Of a DNA stretch of 64,000 nucleotides, positions 37,613 to 49,575 are shown in pieces. The stretch lies in the NCBI GenBank assembly GCA_951406725.2, contig OX597825.1, forward strand, positions 43,958,001 to 44,022,000, read 5' to 3'. This stretch comes from Octopus vulgaris. Lineage: Eukaryota. Position 1 is the stretch's first letter. Every line of letters begins with the position of its first letter. A program made the translations under genes and the position numbers. The notes beneath the pieces are model-generated. The model was given only the letters and a program-made list of their open reading frames with translations, was not told the DNA's origin and searched no databases.

Positions 37613-40580
37613 GCAATCAAGCCTTATGCATAGCACTTATGGAAACACACCTGAAACCGGACATAGCAGATGTTGAAATACACGTACCAAAGCATGTTGC
37701 ATTACGGACCGACAGAAAAGAAAGGAGTCATGGTGGAGTTGCTATGTAAATCCGCGAGGACCTCACACCCCAGGTCCTTTTGTCATACTCAAATTCGGTG
37801 TGTGACACACGAATTGTACATATAAGGCAACTTGGTGTAGTTATATGTGCTACATATCGCCCTCTAGATGCCCCAAGCCGTGTAGGCAAGTTTGAAGACT
37901 GCCTTACAAAAATAGAAGTTGTAGTCACATTAGAACAACACATAAGTGTACTTTATTTGGGAGACTTCAATCTGCCCAATGTCAGATGGCCCGAGGGCCT
38001 TTCTTTCCCAGGAATGACATGATGCCAACGAAGAAAGGTGAGGTCCCTCCTGAACCTCATCAACACTCTGTACATGGAGCAAATAATACTCCAACCAGCC
38101 AGGGCAGGTAACATACTGAATCTCTGCTTCACAAATTATATGGATCTCATCCAGAATGTGAAAGTGACACCAACACTACTCTCGGATCACAACATGGTAG
38201 AGTTGACCATGTACGGGCCAAATGAAAGCATGGACATGCAGTCTACAAGAAACTCTCAGAATCTTTCCAGCTTGAACTTCCATAAGGCAAACTGGAAACA
38301 AATTGAGAAAGAGATCCTCAAACAAAACTGGCCTGAATGTCTCTCCTCGCCAGACATCGACATGAAACTTCAACAATTCATGTCTGTAATGCAAGCCATA
38401 TGCTACAAATGTGTCCCAGAGAGAAAGGCCACTGTACACAAGAACAAAATCCCCAGAGAGAGGAAAATTCTTATGAGACGGCATACAAAAGTTTCAAATC
38501 GCCTAAACAAACAAATTGAAAGCAGTGAAAAGTCCCGCCTGAAAATAAAACTGTTGGAAATTGAAAAATGTCTGCAACTCTCCCATGAAAAGGAAAGAGC
38601 AGACAAAGAAGCCTGGGCTATAGACAACATAAAATCTAACCCCAGAGCTTTCTACAGGTATGCCAAAGAAACAGCTACGGTGCACTGTAGGATAGGGCTA
38701 CTCCTTGAAAAGGATGGCACACTCACAGGAAAACCAATGAGGGTAAGTGAAATACTGAATGAGCAATTCAAGAGTGTTTTCACTCCACCCCTTGGGCATT
38801 TCCAAATCACCAATCCAACTGACTTCTTTACCACTGCAGATATAAAATCAGAGGCAGCGACGATAGATTACATCGATATAAAGGAAGACGATGTAATAAA
38901 GGCTATAGATGAAATGAAAACAGACTCAGCTACTGGCCCCGATGGATTCCCGGCAATCCTCCTAAAAGTATGTAAGAGAGTCCTAGCAAGACCACTGCAG
39001 TTCCTCTTTCAGAGCTTCCTTGCAACTGGCAAACTTCCAAGAAAACTGAAGGAAGGTAAAATATGCCCTATTCATAAAGGAGGTAGCAGAGCGGAGGCCA
39101 AGAACTATAGACCTATCTCTCTGACCTCACACATCAGCAAGGTCATGGAACGAATAGTCAGAAGGAAACTGATCACCTTCCTTGAAGAAAATGACTTGCT
39201 GTCTGACACCCAACGTGGTTTCCGACCAGGAAGAAGCTGCTTAACTCAGCTCCTACAACACTATGACTGGGTGCTGAAACGACTGCTCAACCACTCAAAT
39301 GTGGAAGTGATATATCTCGACTTTGCAAAGGCCTTTGATAAAGTCAATCATGGAATGATATGTCACAAACTGCGTGATCTTAGCATAGTTGGAAAACTGG
39401 GAGAATGGCTTCATGACTTTCTGAAAGATAGAAGTCAGGAGGTAGTAGCCAATGGGGCCACTTCCATTAACACGCAAATAGTGAGCGGTGTTCCGCAGGG
39501 CACTGTTTTGGGACCACTACTGTTCATAATGGCCCTCTCAGTCTTGCCCTCAGCCGCGCTGAGAGCCACGATCACAAGTTATGCAGATGATACAAAAGTT
39601 TCACAGGCAATACAGAACCCTGAGGACACTAAACGCCTGCAATGTGAGCTGGACAAAATATACAAGTGGGCTGAAAAGAATAGCATGCAGTTCAATGCTG
39701 AAAAGTTTCAAGCTTTATGCTATCAGCATGCAAAAATAAATGCAATACCCAATGAATACACTGGACCCGGAGGAATTGCAATCCCAGCGGCACAATCAGT
39801 GCATGACCTGGGTATTTACATGAGTGATGACGCAACCTTTCATGTACATGCTGCTAAATTGGCAATGAAATGTAGACGACTGGCCGGATGGATTCTTAGA
39901 ACCTTTAGAACAAGAGAACAAGAAACCCTGATGGTCCTCTGGAGGACACTTGTCCTAAGCCACTTGGACTATTGCTCTCAGCTATGGTCACCATCAAGTG
40001 TCAAGCTGATCACAGAACTTGAGGCGATCCAACGTAGCTACATGAAGAAGATAGCCTCTGTGCAGAATATAAGCTACTGGGAAAGACTCAAGAGATTAAA
40101 ACCCTATTCCTTGGAGCGTAGGCGAGAAAGATATGCCATAATATACATCTGGAAGATCCTGGAGGGACTTGTCCCAAACTTTGGCATCGAGAGTTACACA
40201 AATGCCAGAACTGGGCGCCACTGCGTGGTGCCAAGGACTCCAAATTCGCCATCAAGATGTAGGACAAAATGCTGTGAGAGCCTGGGCTTCAGAGGTCCAC
40301 AGCTCTTCAATATCCTCCCGAAGAACCTGAGAGACCTGCATGGGGTGGATGCAGATGTCTTAAAAATAAAACTGGATCTCTTCCTGTCAGGTATCCCAGA
40401 TGAACCAACTTCACGGCAGGAGGTGCAGATGAGGGCAGCTGCATCGAACTCTCTCATGCACCAAATGGCAGTTGCTAAAAAGCATTTGTGAAGTAAAACC
40501 ATGTAGCAACACCAAATGGCGGTGCCCCAGCATGGCCGCAGCTCGTGAGCTGAAACTAGAATCAATCAATCAATCAATCA
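37612..40580 (+). mobile_element. CR1-group non-LTR retrotransposon, near-complete ORF2 (APE endonuclease + RT), 5' truncated
   Basis: One frame 37621-40491 with two stops (37747, 38020): ALMETHL, GGVA, YRP, LGDFNLP, SDHN; NYRPISLTS, YLDFAKAFDKV, GVPQGTVLGPLLF, YADDTK, YSLERRRERY; (ATCA)n tail. Confidence 0.95.
38038..40491 (+). CDS. 817-aa open portion of LINE ORF2 (partial endonuclease + reverse transcriptase)
   Basis: ORF track; intact RT motifs; upstream in-frame stops make it a likely pseudogene. Confidence 0.8.
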   Translation: MRSLLNLINTLYMEQIILQPARAGNILNLCFTNYMDLIQNVKVTPTLLSDHNMVELTMYGPNESMDMQSTRNSQNLSSLNFHKANWKQIEKEILKQNWPECLSSPDIDMKLQQFMSVMQAICYKCVPERKATVHKNKIPRERKILMRRHTKVSNRLNKQIESSEKSRLKIKLLEIEKCLQLSHEKERADKEAWAIDNIKSNPRAFYRYAKETATVHCRIGLLLEKDGTLTGKPMRVSEILNEQFKSVFTPPLGHFQITNPTDFFTTADIKSEAATIDYIDIKEDDVIKAIDEMKTDSATGPDGFPAILLKVCKRVLARPLQFLFQSFLATGKLPRKLKEGKICPIHKGGSRAEAKNYRPISLTSHISKVMERIVRRKLITFLEENDLLSDTQRGFRPGRSCLTQLLQHYDWVLKRLLNHSNVEVIYLDFAKAFDKVNHGMICHKLRDLSIVGKLGEWLHDFLKDRSQEVVANGATSINTQIVSGVPQGTVLGPLLFIMALSVLPSAALRATITSYADDTKVSQAIQNPEDTKRLQCELDKIYKWAEKNSMQFNAEKFQALCYQHAKINAIPNEYTGPGGIAIPAAQSVHDLGIYMSDDATFHVHAAKLAMKCRRLAGWILRTFRTREQETLMVLWRTLVLSHLDYCSQLWSPSSVKLITELEAIQRSYMKKIASVQNISYWERLKRLKPYSLERRRERYAIIYIWKILEGLVPNFGIESYTNARTGRHCVVPRTPNSPSRCRTKCCESLGFRGPQLFNILPKNLRDLHGVDADVLKIKLDLFLSGIPDEPTSRQEVQMRAAASNSLMHQMAVAKKHL

Positions 40581-40610
40581 ATATATATATATATATATAT
40601 ATATGCATAT

Positions 40611-42447
40611 ATCATCATCATCATCGTTTAGCATGGGTTGGATGGTTCAACTGGGGTCTGGGAAGCCAGAAGGCTACACCAGGCCCAGTCTGATCTGGCA
40701 ATGTTTCTACAGCTGGATGCCCTTCCTAACGCCAACCACACCGTGAGTGCTTTTTAGGTGCCACCTGCATAGGTGCCAGATCGGATGGTGATTTTACGTG
40801 CCACTGGTACAGAGGCCAGGTGAGGCTGGCAATGGCCACAATCGGATGGTGCTTTTTACGTGCCACTGGCACTGGTATCACAGTTGCAATTTCCATTGAT
40901 GTTGATCGATTTCGATTTTGATTTGGATTTTCACTTGCCTCAACAGGTCTTCACATTTAGAGTTTTGTGTCCCAAGAAGGAAAGGTATGCATAAGTGGAC
41001 TGGCTACATCCCATGTAGAGGCCACAGGTTATGGTCTCACTTGTCCTGCCGGGTCTTCTCACGCACAGCATACTTCCAAAGGTCTCGGTCTCTAGTCATT
41101 TCCTCGGTGAGACCTAAAGTTCGAAGATCGTGCTTCACCACCTTGTCCCAGGTTTTTCTGGATCTACCTCTTCCAACCGCTAGGGTGTGGCACTTTTACA
41201 CACAACTATCTTCATCCATTCTCGCCACATGACCATATCAGTGCAAACGTCTCTCTTGCACACCACAACTGATGCTTCTTAGGTCCAACTTCTCTCTCAA
41301 GGTACTTACACTCTGACGAGTATAAACACTGACATTACACATCCATTGGAGCATACTGGCTTCATTTCTTGCGAGCTTACGCATATCCTCAGCAGTCACG
41401 ACCCATGTTTCACTGCCATGTAGCATGGCTTCATACACATGCGTCATACAGTCAGCCTTTTACACTGAGTGAGAGACCTTTTGTCCCCAGCAGAGGTAAG
41501 AGCTCTCTGAACTTTGCCCAGGCTATTCTTACTCTAGCAGTTACACTTTCAGCACACCAGCTCCCAAACTGACTTGGTCACCTAGGTAACGGAAGCTATC
41601 AACTATTTCTAGTTTTTCTCCCTGGAATGTGGCAGAAGTTGGTCTCAGAGCATTTTCAGTGTTTATTGCTGCTGAGCATCTGCCACATACAAAAACTATC
41701 TTCTTAGTTAACCTTCCTTTGATATTGCTGCACCTCTTATGTGTCCATAGCTTACACTTGGTACATCTTATAGAGTATCTACCTACGCCTTTTCTACAGA
41801 TCGAGGAGGGCCATCTACCTGAAGGCGTTTGTGATTTGTCTACCTTCCTACTTATTAGGACTTTGGTTTTAGCTAGATTGACTCTAAGGCCCTTTGATTC
41901 TAATCCTTGCTTCCACACCTGGAACTTCTCCTCCAGTTCTGATAGTGACTCAGCAATTAGAGTAAGGTCATTAGCATAGAGGTGCTCCCAAGGGCATCCT
42001 GTCTTGAATTCCTCCGTTATTGCCTGGAGGACTATGATAAATAGGAGTGAGCTGAGGACTGAGCCTTGGTAGACCCCTACCTCTACCCGGAATTCTTCAC
42101 TGTACTCATTGCCAACCCTCACCTTACTAGCAGCGTCCCTGTACATGGCTCGCACAGCTCTCACTAACCATTCATCTATCCCTAGTTTCCTCATTGACCA
42201 CCAGATAAGGGATCGGGGGACCCTGTCGAAGTCTTTCTCCATGTCAACGAAAGCCAGGTACAGGGGCTTATCTTTGGCTAGGTATTTCTCCTGCAGCTGT
42301 CTTACCAGGAATATAGCATCAGTGGTACTTTTCCCTGGCATGAACCCAAACTGCATCTCATCTAAACTAACTCTCTCTCTAATTAGTTTGGCTATGACCC
42401 TCTCCGTAACCTTCATTACCTGATCCAACAGCTTGATACCTCTGTAG
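40611..42447 (-). mobile_element. RTE family A: RT domain, PHD-like finger, 3' UTR
   Basis: YRGIKLL...QFGFMPGKSTTDAIF...FVDMEKDFDRVPR...GVYQGSVLS...YAND...CRKGVG...; (ATC)n tail on +. Confidence 0.95.
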
Positions 42448-42478
<31 letters not shown>

Positions 42479-43376
42479 TGTATATATATATATATATGCA
42501 TGTATATGTATATATATATACATCTCTGTCCCTCTTTCCCTCTCTCTTACCCTCTTGCGACTTGCTGCCTCAGCCATTCCGTTCCCAAAGGCCGCTTGTT
42601 CAACATGTGTCTCCTCACCGAAAAGGTAATTATTTTTCCACGCTTGCTGATAAATTGTTTTTGTGTCTCCTTTTGTCTCAAAGCCGTAGGGCGCCTGTGT
42701 CATCCTTGTTTTTAACCGTTACTGTCTTCAAAAAAGTTTTTTTCGTTTCATGTTCGTCTCTGTTGCGTTGCATTCTTTCCTTCTGGGGCTGGCCGATTCA
42801 GAGCAGATCTCAGAATTAAACAGCTGAAATTTGCGATGATGAATCGGTTTCTGACTGAAGAAGGAAGGCTTTGAATGACCCATCTGTCTCTTATGTTCGT
42901 CCCTTCGTGTATTTCACGTTATTTATATATGTAAAGGTTTATTATATATGCATGTATATGTATATATGTATATATATGCATATGTATATATATATATATG
43001 TGTGTGTGTATGTATATATATATGTATCGGCTCTCAATTGACCAACTGTGAGGAAGATAATGATAATTTTAAATTCAAATCCAATAGTGTATTTATGTCA
43101 TAAGGAAAATCATTAACTGGAACCCGGACATACATATATACCGCTCTGGATCCTAATGTAAGCGTTATTAATACTATTATGAATGATAATAATGGTAACA
43201 TTAATGGTATTGACAACGATAATGACGCTAACTTTAATGACACTTTAGAAATTATTATGAAGTAATATAATGTACTATTGACTATGTATATTTGCATCTA
43301 GGTATTAATTTGTGTATGTTTATTATCACAATATTAAGTCGAAAAACTGAGACATTGAATGTGGAACACATATATA

Positions 43377-43881
43377 TGTTTACTAATTTATATTATTTAT
43401 TTATATCATTATGTATATGTATATTTTTATATGTATAAGAGTGTGAGTATATGCACTCATATGTATATGTATATGTTGTATTATGGGTATGCACCCACAC
43501 CCATGTGGGTATATATGTAGAGTGATTTATATTACATAATCTCCGAAGAGGCCTTATGATATTTTTGTAAATGTTTCATTTATATCTATATATTGACCAA
43601 CCATAAAGGGCTAATATTGGTAAAATGAGACATACTTATCTACATGGCCGAAACAGCTGTAAGATGTAATCTATACTTATATTTATATTTACTTATATTT
43701 ATATTCTCTTTTTATATATATTCTACTTATTATACAACATTACCCTTTTATGTACACTGATTTGTTCTGCTTTTTATATTTAACCCTACAGTCTCTTATG
43801 TGGTGGTTTAATAAAGTATGTGATTGAGTATTATCTGGTAATTGATATTTGATTTAGATGTATTTCTCCATTTTCTTATCT

Positions 43882-43884
<3 letters not shown>
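43377..43884 (+). mobile_element. ~510-bp AT-rich repeat carrying a hammerhead motif (Penelope pLTR/retrozyme-like), copy 1
   Basis: Near-identical to 56837-57376; hammerhead at 43531-43670. Confidence 0.75.
43531..43670 (+). ncRNA. Atypical type-I hammerhead ribozyme with extended helix II
   Basis: atct CCGAAGA ggcc [92 nt] ggcc GAAA cagctg TA agat; stem I atct/agat plus attac/gtaat; palindromic ACAGCTGT stem III; GUA site. Confidence 0.7.
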
Positions 43885-43928
<44 letters not shown>

Positions 43929-44009
43929 ATATATATGTATGTATGTATATATATATGTATGTATGTATATATATATATATATGTATGTATATATGTATGT
44001 ATGTATATA

Positions 44010-44379
44010 TCTCTCTATATATAAACGGCAGTTTGTCTGTGTGTGTTTCTGTGTGTCTGTTAGGTTGTACCCTCACCCTGACCACGGCTTTCAACCGATT
44101 CTGATGAAACTTGACACACACATAGCCCAATGTCATAATTCAAAACTAACGCAGCGAAAATTTTGAAAAGATCCCCCAGTTCTGATAAAAATCGATAAAT
44201 TCGACATGGGGTCGAGAATCAGAAACACAAACCACAGACTGTCTAGGGGACGCAACTCGACCTTTTTAACTAAAAACAATTTACCATCATTTTTTTCCCA
44301 TTTTTTGGCTATAACTCTCTAAAAATGCTTTATAGTTATTTCCCTTACAAACCCGAGCAACGCCGGGCGATACTGCTAG
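44010..44379 (+). mobile_element. Complete non-autonomous Helitron
   Basis: A|TC 5' end, subterminal hairpin cccgagcaacgccggg, CTAG|T 3' end, no TSD. Confidence 0.88.
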
Positions 44380-45476
44380 TATATATATATATATATATAT
44401 ACATCCATTTCAGCTAACCTTATCAATTGGTTTTTTATACTTGATATTAAACAGAGTGGTTAAGGAATACCATGTGCTTTGGAGAGATGGCAAGTGCGGG
44501 GATGATGCGATGTCATATTTATTTCATACCTACCATGGTGAAGTGCTGCAGGTGTTATGTAACTGCACTGTTATCTAATATCTATTACCCAGTGCAAAAC
44601 CAACTGGTAAGATCACCTGAAATGGATCTAAAATCCTGTACACTGTGATTAATATACCCATTCTATTGAGAATTATACAAGTACATACTTTTTCTGAAAA
44701 GTTGACAATTTGAGGATGCATTGAAATGAAATGAAAGACAGTCTTAACTCATTACCTGTTTTATACTTCAACAACTGTAACAAGTTGGAAAAAAAACACA
44801 AATTTGTATTGTTCATGACAGTTGGTTTGCATAAAACATCTCTCGTCTAGTCCTTATAATAGTCTGCTACTAAATGTGTGGAAGGAGAAAGGCAAAGTGT
44901 GCAAGTCTTGCAAAAAAAAGATTTTTGTTTGTGTGTGTGTGTGAATGAAAGCTGAATCATGACAAAGTTACTAACTAAAAGTAACAGATGTAAACTGCTT
45001 GGAAATCAGAGAAGGGCCAGGATTTTTTCTTTAACAGGTATCAAGAGCATGCACCTGCATTAAACCTTTGTAAAAATTGAACTAGGTCAATAAAATTAGA
45101 ATTAAATGAGCTCATATTGATTCACCTTTCTTTCACCTATGATGATGGAGAATTGAAGAAATTAAATGGATTTTAATTATGCAATCTGAGAAGAATGGAA
45201 ACTTGAAACAAATATGAAACCTGAGGGTCACTCCCTGGTTATGATTCAGCTGTATAATTTCAATATACGTTCATATAAATCATATACGTTGTATGTATGT
45301 GTGTGTGTGCGTGCATGCGTGTGTGTGTGTGCGTGCATGCGTGTGTGTGTGTGTGTGTATTCGGCCATAGCACAACCAATAACCAGTTGTTAGAACTCAA
45401 TATACTTATATATAACACCTCTTGGTGTACTGAACATTTTTGTTATTATTTTCTTCTTTAAATTGGTGATTCTTAC

Positions 45477-45613
45477 CTCAAAGAACAGCCATGCAACTGC
45501 CTTACAAAACCAGAAGTAAACATGAACTTTGCAACATCCAACACCTTGCAAAATATTCCACTTGATACAATACACACAGGGAGCCTTCACTAGATGCTGC
45601 CAAGCAAGCACAA
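45477..45613 (-). other. Candidate 137-bp exon on the minus strand
   Basis: ~45-nt polypyrimidine tract plus tttAG acceptor, and GAG|GTAAGA donor; one open frame with no recognisable protein. Confidence 0.4.
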
Positions 45614-45949
45614 CTAAATAGGGAAAAGGAGAAAAAGAAACAAAAAAGAAAATGAAGAAAAAGCAGTAACTTTTACTATAAACTTTCTGCAGATCTACTT
45701 GTAAAACAAACACTTTGCTAAGTTGTTATTTCTGTCGTTGCTAAAAAGATGCACTCACCAAGAAAAAAATAGGCACTCAGCTGTTATTTCTAGTAATACT
45801 GATTATTGCTTATGTTAAAACCTCATATAACTGCTCTGTCTAACTTCAAGCATTTCTATTTCATCTGATTTATGTTGCATGCCTTTTTCATCTTTTTTTG
45901 CATGTTTGTATCTGCACTAATACATTTCAGCTTTAATATTTGCATGTTC

Positions 45950-46160
45950 TAAGGTGGCAGAAACGTTAGCATGCCAGGTGAAATGCTTGGTGGTATTTCA
46001 TATGTCTTTACATTCTGAGTTCAAATTCCACCGAGGTCGACTTTGTCCTTCATCCTTTTGGGGTCAATAAATTAAGTACCAGTTGCGTACTGGGGTCAAT
46101 CCAATTGACTGGTCCCATCATCAAAAATTTTGGGCCTTGTGCCAAGAGTAGAAAACAATA
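45950..46160 (+). mobile_element. SINE family A
   Basis: Same sequence as the 19.8-20.7 kb units. Confidence 0.88.
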
Positions 46161-48985
46161 TTTGCATATTCTATTGTTCTACTGTTATGTACTCACTACA
46201 CACAACACATGCATACTTTTTCCATTCTTTAAATGAAAATTTTGCTCTCTATAGTGGCTCATGTTGGACACACAGCACAATGCTCAAGACTTTACAAACT
46301 GACAATACAAGCTTCAGTATAGCTGACTCACATCTGCAGTTTTGTTTTTGGTGTTGTCACAATCACTCTTCCATACACACATGCTCCTTGCACTATTATT
46401 TTGCTATTTGTAGTTCTATATGCCTGCTTTCACATGAACATCTTTTTCTTGGGACCTACATTCATTATAGTATTTTCACTTTCTATCTGTTAGTTTAGAC
46501 AACACTTTCTGTACATGTATACATTCTAATTGATACCTATGCCTCCAGTGGTTATTTCCAGCTCTCACTTTTAACACCATTCTATTGGATGCTGCACTGG
46601 CAACATTTTGTACTTCCCCATTTACAAGAGACTGGTCATGTCTCATATTAGCTAAAGAAGTTCACTAAATCACAACTCAGTTTGCTTTGACCAGAATTGC
46701 TAACACCATTGCCTATATTCTTTTGTACTTTCTGCACAGTTCACTTTTTGCTACAAATAATCATTTCTTAGTACAACCATACTGTGGTTGTGCATAACAG
46801 AATTACTTGGTTCAGTGCATTTGACTTGCTTCTTGCACTCTTTATTTCTACATACTTAACCACAGCAACCATATGCAGCTACATCATCAGATTCACTTGG
46901 CCTCTGCATTCTCTTTGAAGGTGCCACAGCATACTCACCACAAATGCTATATTGTTACTAACATTATATATAGCCATTTCCTGTTTCTTGCTTTCATTTG
47001 TTTCTCCCTGCAACTAACGCACTGTAAATGGATTCTTGTAAAAGACTGCTTCCTGGATTTGATCCCACAGTATTCTTGTCTTAAATCAAATTCTTGCTTC
47101 TTCAAACATTATATTTGACACAGCTAGCAACAGATACTATGCAATTGATTAAATATGCATGCAGACATATTCCAGCCAAACATTTCTACTGATGGATGAG
47201 TGACATCAATCAAAAAGAACTTTCTTAGATTAGGGAAAAAAAAAAATTAACAGTACTTTTCATGACTTCAAAATCCTAGAAGTTTTGATTTTCACCAGGG
47301 TCATCATGTTTGCTACCCAACTATGTTACTTTGGCTAGTAATGCACAAAATAAGATCTCATCTTTCACAGGTATTTCTGTGTCTCATCTACATTTACTGA
47401 CCGAATTCACATTAGTGGCAACAGTAAACATTGTGCAGTTATTTCTAACAATAAAATATTCCTATCCTGCTATTATCTTAGTTGTTTGATTGACATACAA
47501 GACACACCTAACCCTTCTTTGTGACATCTAAATTTTGCTGAATACTCTATTGAGCTATTGCTCTCAATATTTCTGTGTAATTCCACTCAGAACAAAAAAC
47601 AAACATTGATATTTACAACAAATCACATCTATCTTCACCTTCAAAAATCCTTTGCTCGCTTTTCATTCTACCTCTGAGTGCCTTTCTGTGTAATTACTTT
47701 AATCTTTCATTAAAGTCTCATTTGAGTATTTGTGGTCATCAGACATGCCTCATCACCAAATGATGACTAAATTAAAAATAATTTTTACACAGTATCTTCA
47801 ACAATCATTCAGCTTTTGTTTCATATTAACAATTATTTCCATACATGCAATATATTTTTAGTTTTCTCAGCTAAAGTGTAATTGGGCCTCAAGAGGGTGG
47901 TACAAATCTAGCAATATGTGTTTTATAGTGAAAACAAAATTTCCATTCAAATGGCAATTACCGGACAATTTCTGTTCAAGTCTGACCGTTTTAAGTCATA
48001 ATGGAAACCCAACCTATGTCGCAAATTGGCATATGAGTATTATATAAATTTTATAATTAAAAAATTTACTTTATTTTGTACATGTGAGTATATTAGCCTG
48101 CAGGCACAATAAAATGGGCCCATGGGCAGGGATTCCCCACCCCTGCTGTAGATTGAACATCAAAGCAACTCATACAAAAGGAGATTTTGTCAGGAAGTCA
48201 GATTGTGACTGATGGGTAGATTGTGTATGGGGTCAGAAGTCAACTTGGAAGGCAGGAATAAGTATATCCACAATGGACAAAAATGTGTTGACTGTATATA
48301 ACACATGAAGTAAATTAAGTCTCTTTGAAGAAAAGAAAAAGCTTAACCATTAGTGCAAACAGAAATTTAGAAGTGTTTTTATCCATTTTGATAAGTGAGG
48401 CAGAAAAATATCTTTGTGATTTTCTTCAGTCTGGAGCTTCTTTATTTCCAGGGCCCTATGAAAGTGAAAGTAATTTACTTTGGAAGATGTCAGAGTTATC
48501 TCAATGAAAAATGAGTTCACCTTTGCAAAAAAATGTTTTGAAGAAAAAACATGAAAGCTTCGGGATTTTTTAAGGACAAATGATAAATAGATTGTGTATC
48601 TTTATTGGGTAAATGTGGGGAATCATGGTGCAATTCCAGAAAATGGTGTATGTAGGGAAAAAATCATGATTTATGTGAAGTAACGAAGTTAGCACAAAAT
48701 ATAGTTCAATATTTTCTTTTTTAGTTCAGAAAGAAAACATACTCTGATTTAAAAGCATGTTTATTATATGCTAACATACAAAACATTTAGGTAACTGAGA
48801 AACAATTTAATGATGAGCTAGGAAATGCAAGCAGAAAGAAAATGTAAAAGATATGAGTCGAAGTGACAGTAAACCCCAGGATGTTGGCCCTCACAAAAGA
48901 GATAACAAAGGAAGATAAAAAATGGTAAGAAGCTGCATGGCAAACACCTGTTCAATTTATGTAAGCATAGAAAAGCAGTTGGAAA

Positions 48986-49475
48986 TATCATCATCATCAT
49001 CATCATCATCATCATTTAACATCCATTGTCCATGCTGGCATGGGTTGGATGAGTTGACCAGGGATGGCAAGCTGGAAGGTTACACCAGACTCCAGTATGA
49101 TTTGGCTTGGTTTCTATGGCCGAATGCCCTTCCTAACACGAACCACTCTGAGAGTGGTACGCAAAAGCACTCTCAGAGTGCTTTTGCATACCACTGACAT
49201 GGGTGCCATTTGCATGACACTGGTGTCTGCCATGACTGCAATTTTGCTCAGCTTGATGGGTCTTCTTCTCAAGCACAACATAATGCCAAAGGTCTCAGTC
49301 ATTGACTCCGTGAGGCCCAGGAACTCAAAAAGGGCTCAGCCATTTTGCCTTCGTGGGGCCCAATGCTCAAAAGGTGCTTTTTATATGCCAATTATGTTAC
49401 ACCAGCATCAGCCTTTTCAAGCATAGCAGATCGCCAAAGGTCTCAGTCACTAGTGAGATCCAAAGTTCAAAGATC
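48986..49475 (-). mobile_element. Old RTE family A-like 3' UTR running into the assembly gap
   Basis: (ATC)n tail, catgctggcatgggttgg, gcccttcctaac, aaaggtctcagtca. Confidence 0.75.
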
Positions 49476-49575
49476 NNNNNNNNNNNNNNNNNNNNNNNNN
49501 NNNNNNNNNNNNNNNNNNNNNNNNNNNNNNNNNNNNNNNNNNNNNNNNNNNNNNNNNNNNNNNNNNNNNNNNNNN
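49476..49575. other. Assembly gap (100 N)
   Basis: Run of N. Confidence 1.
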
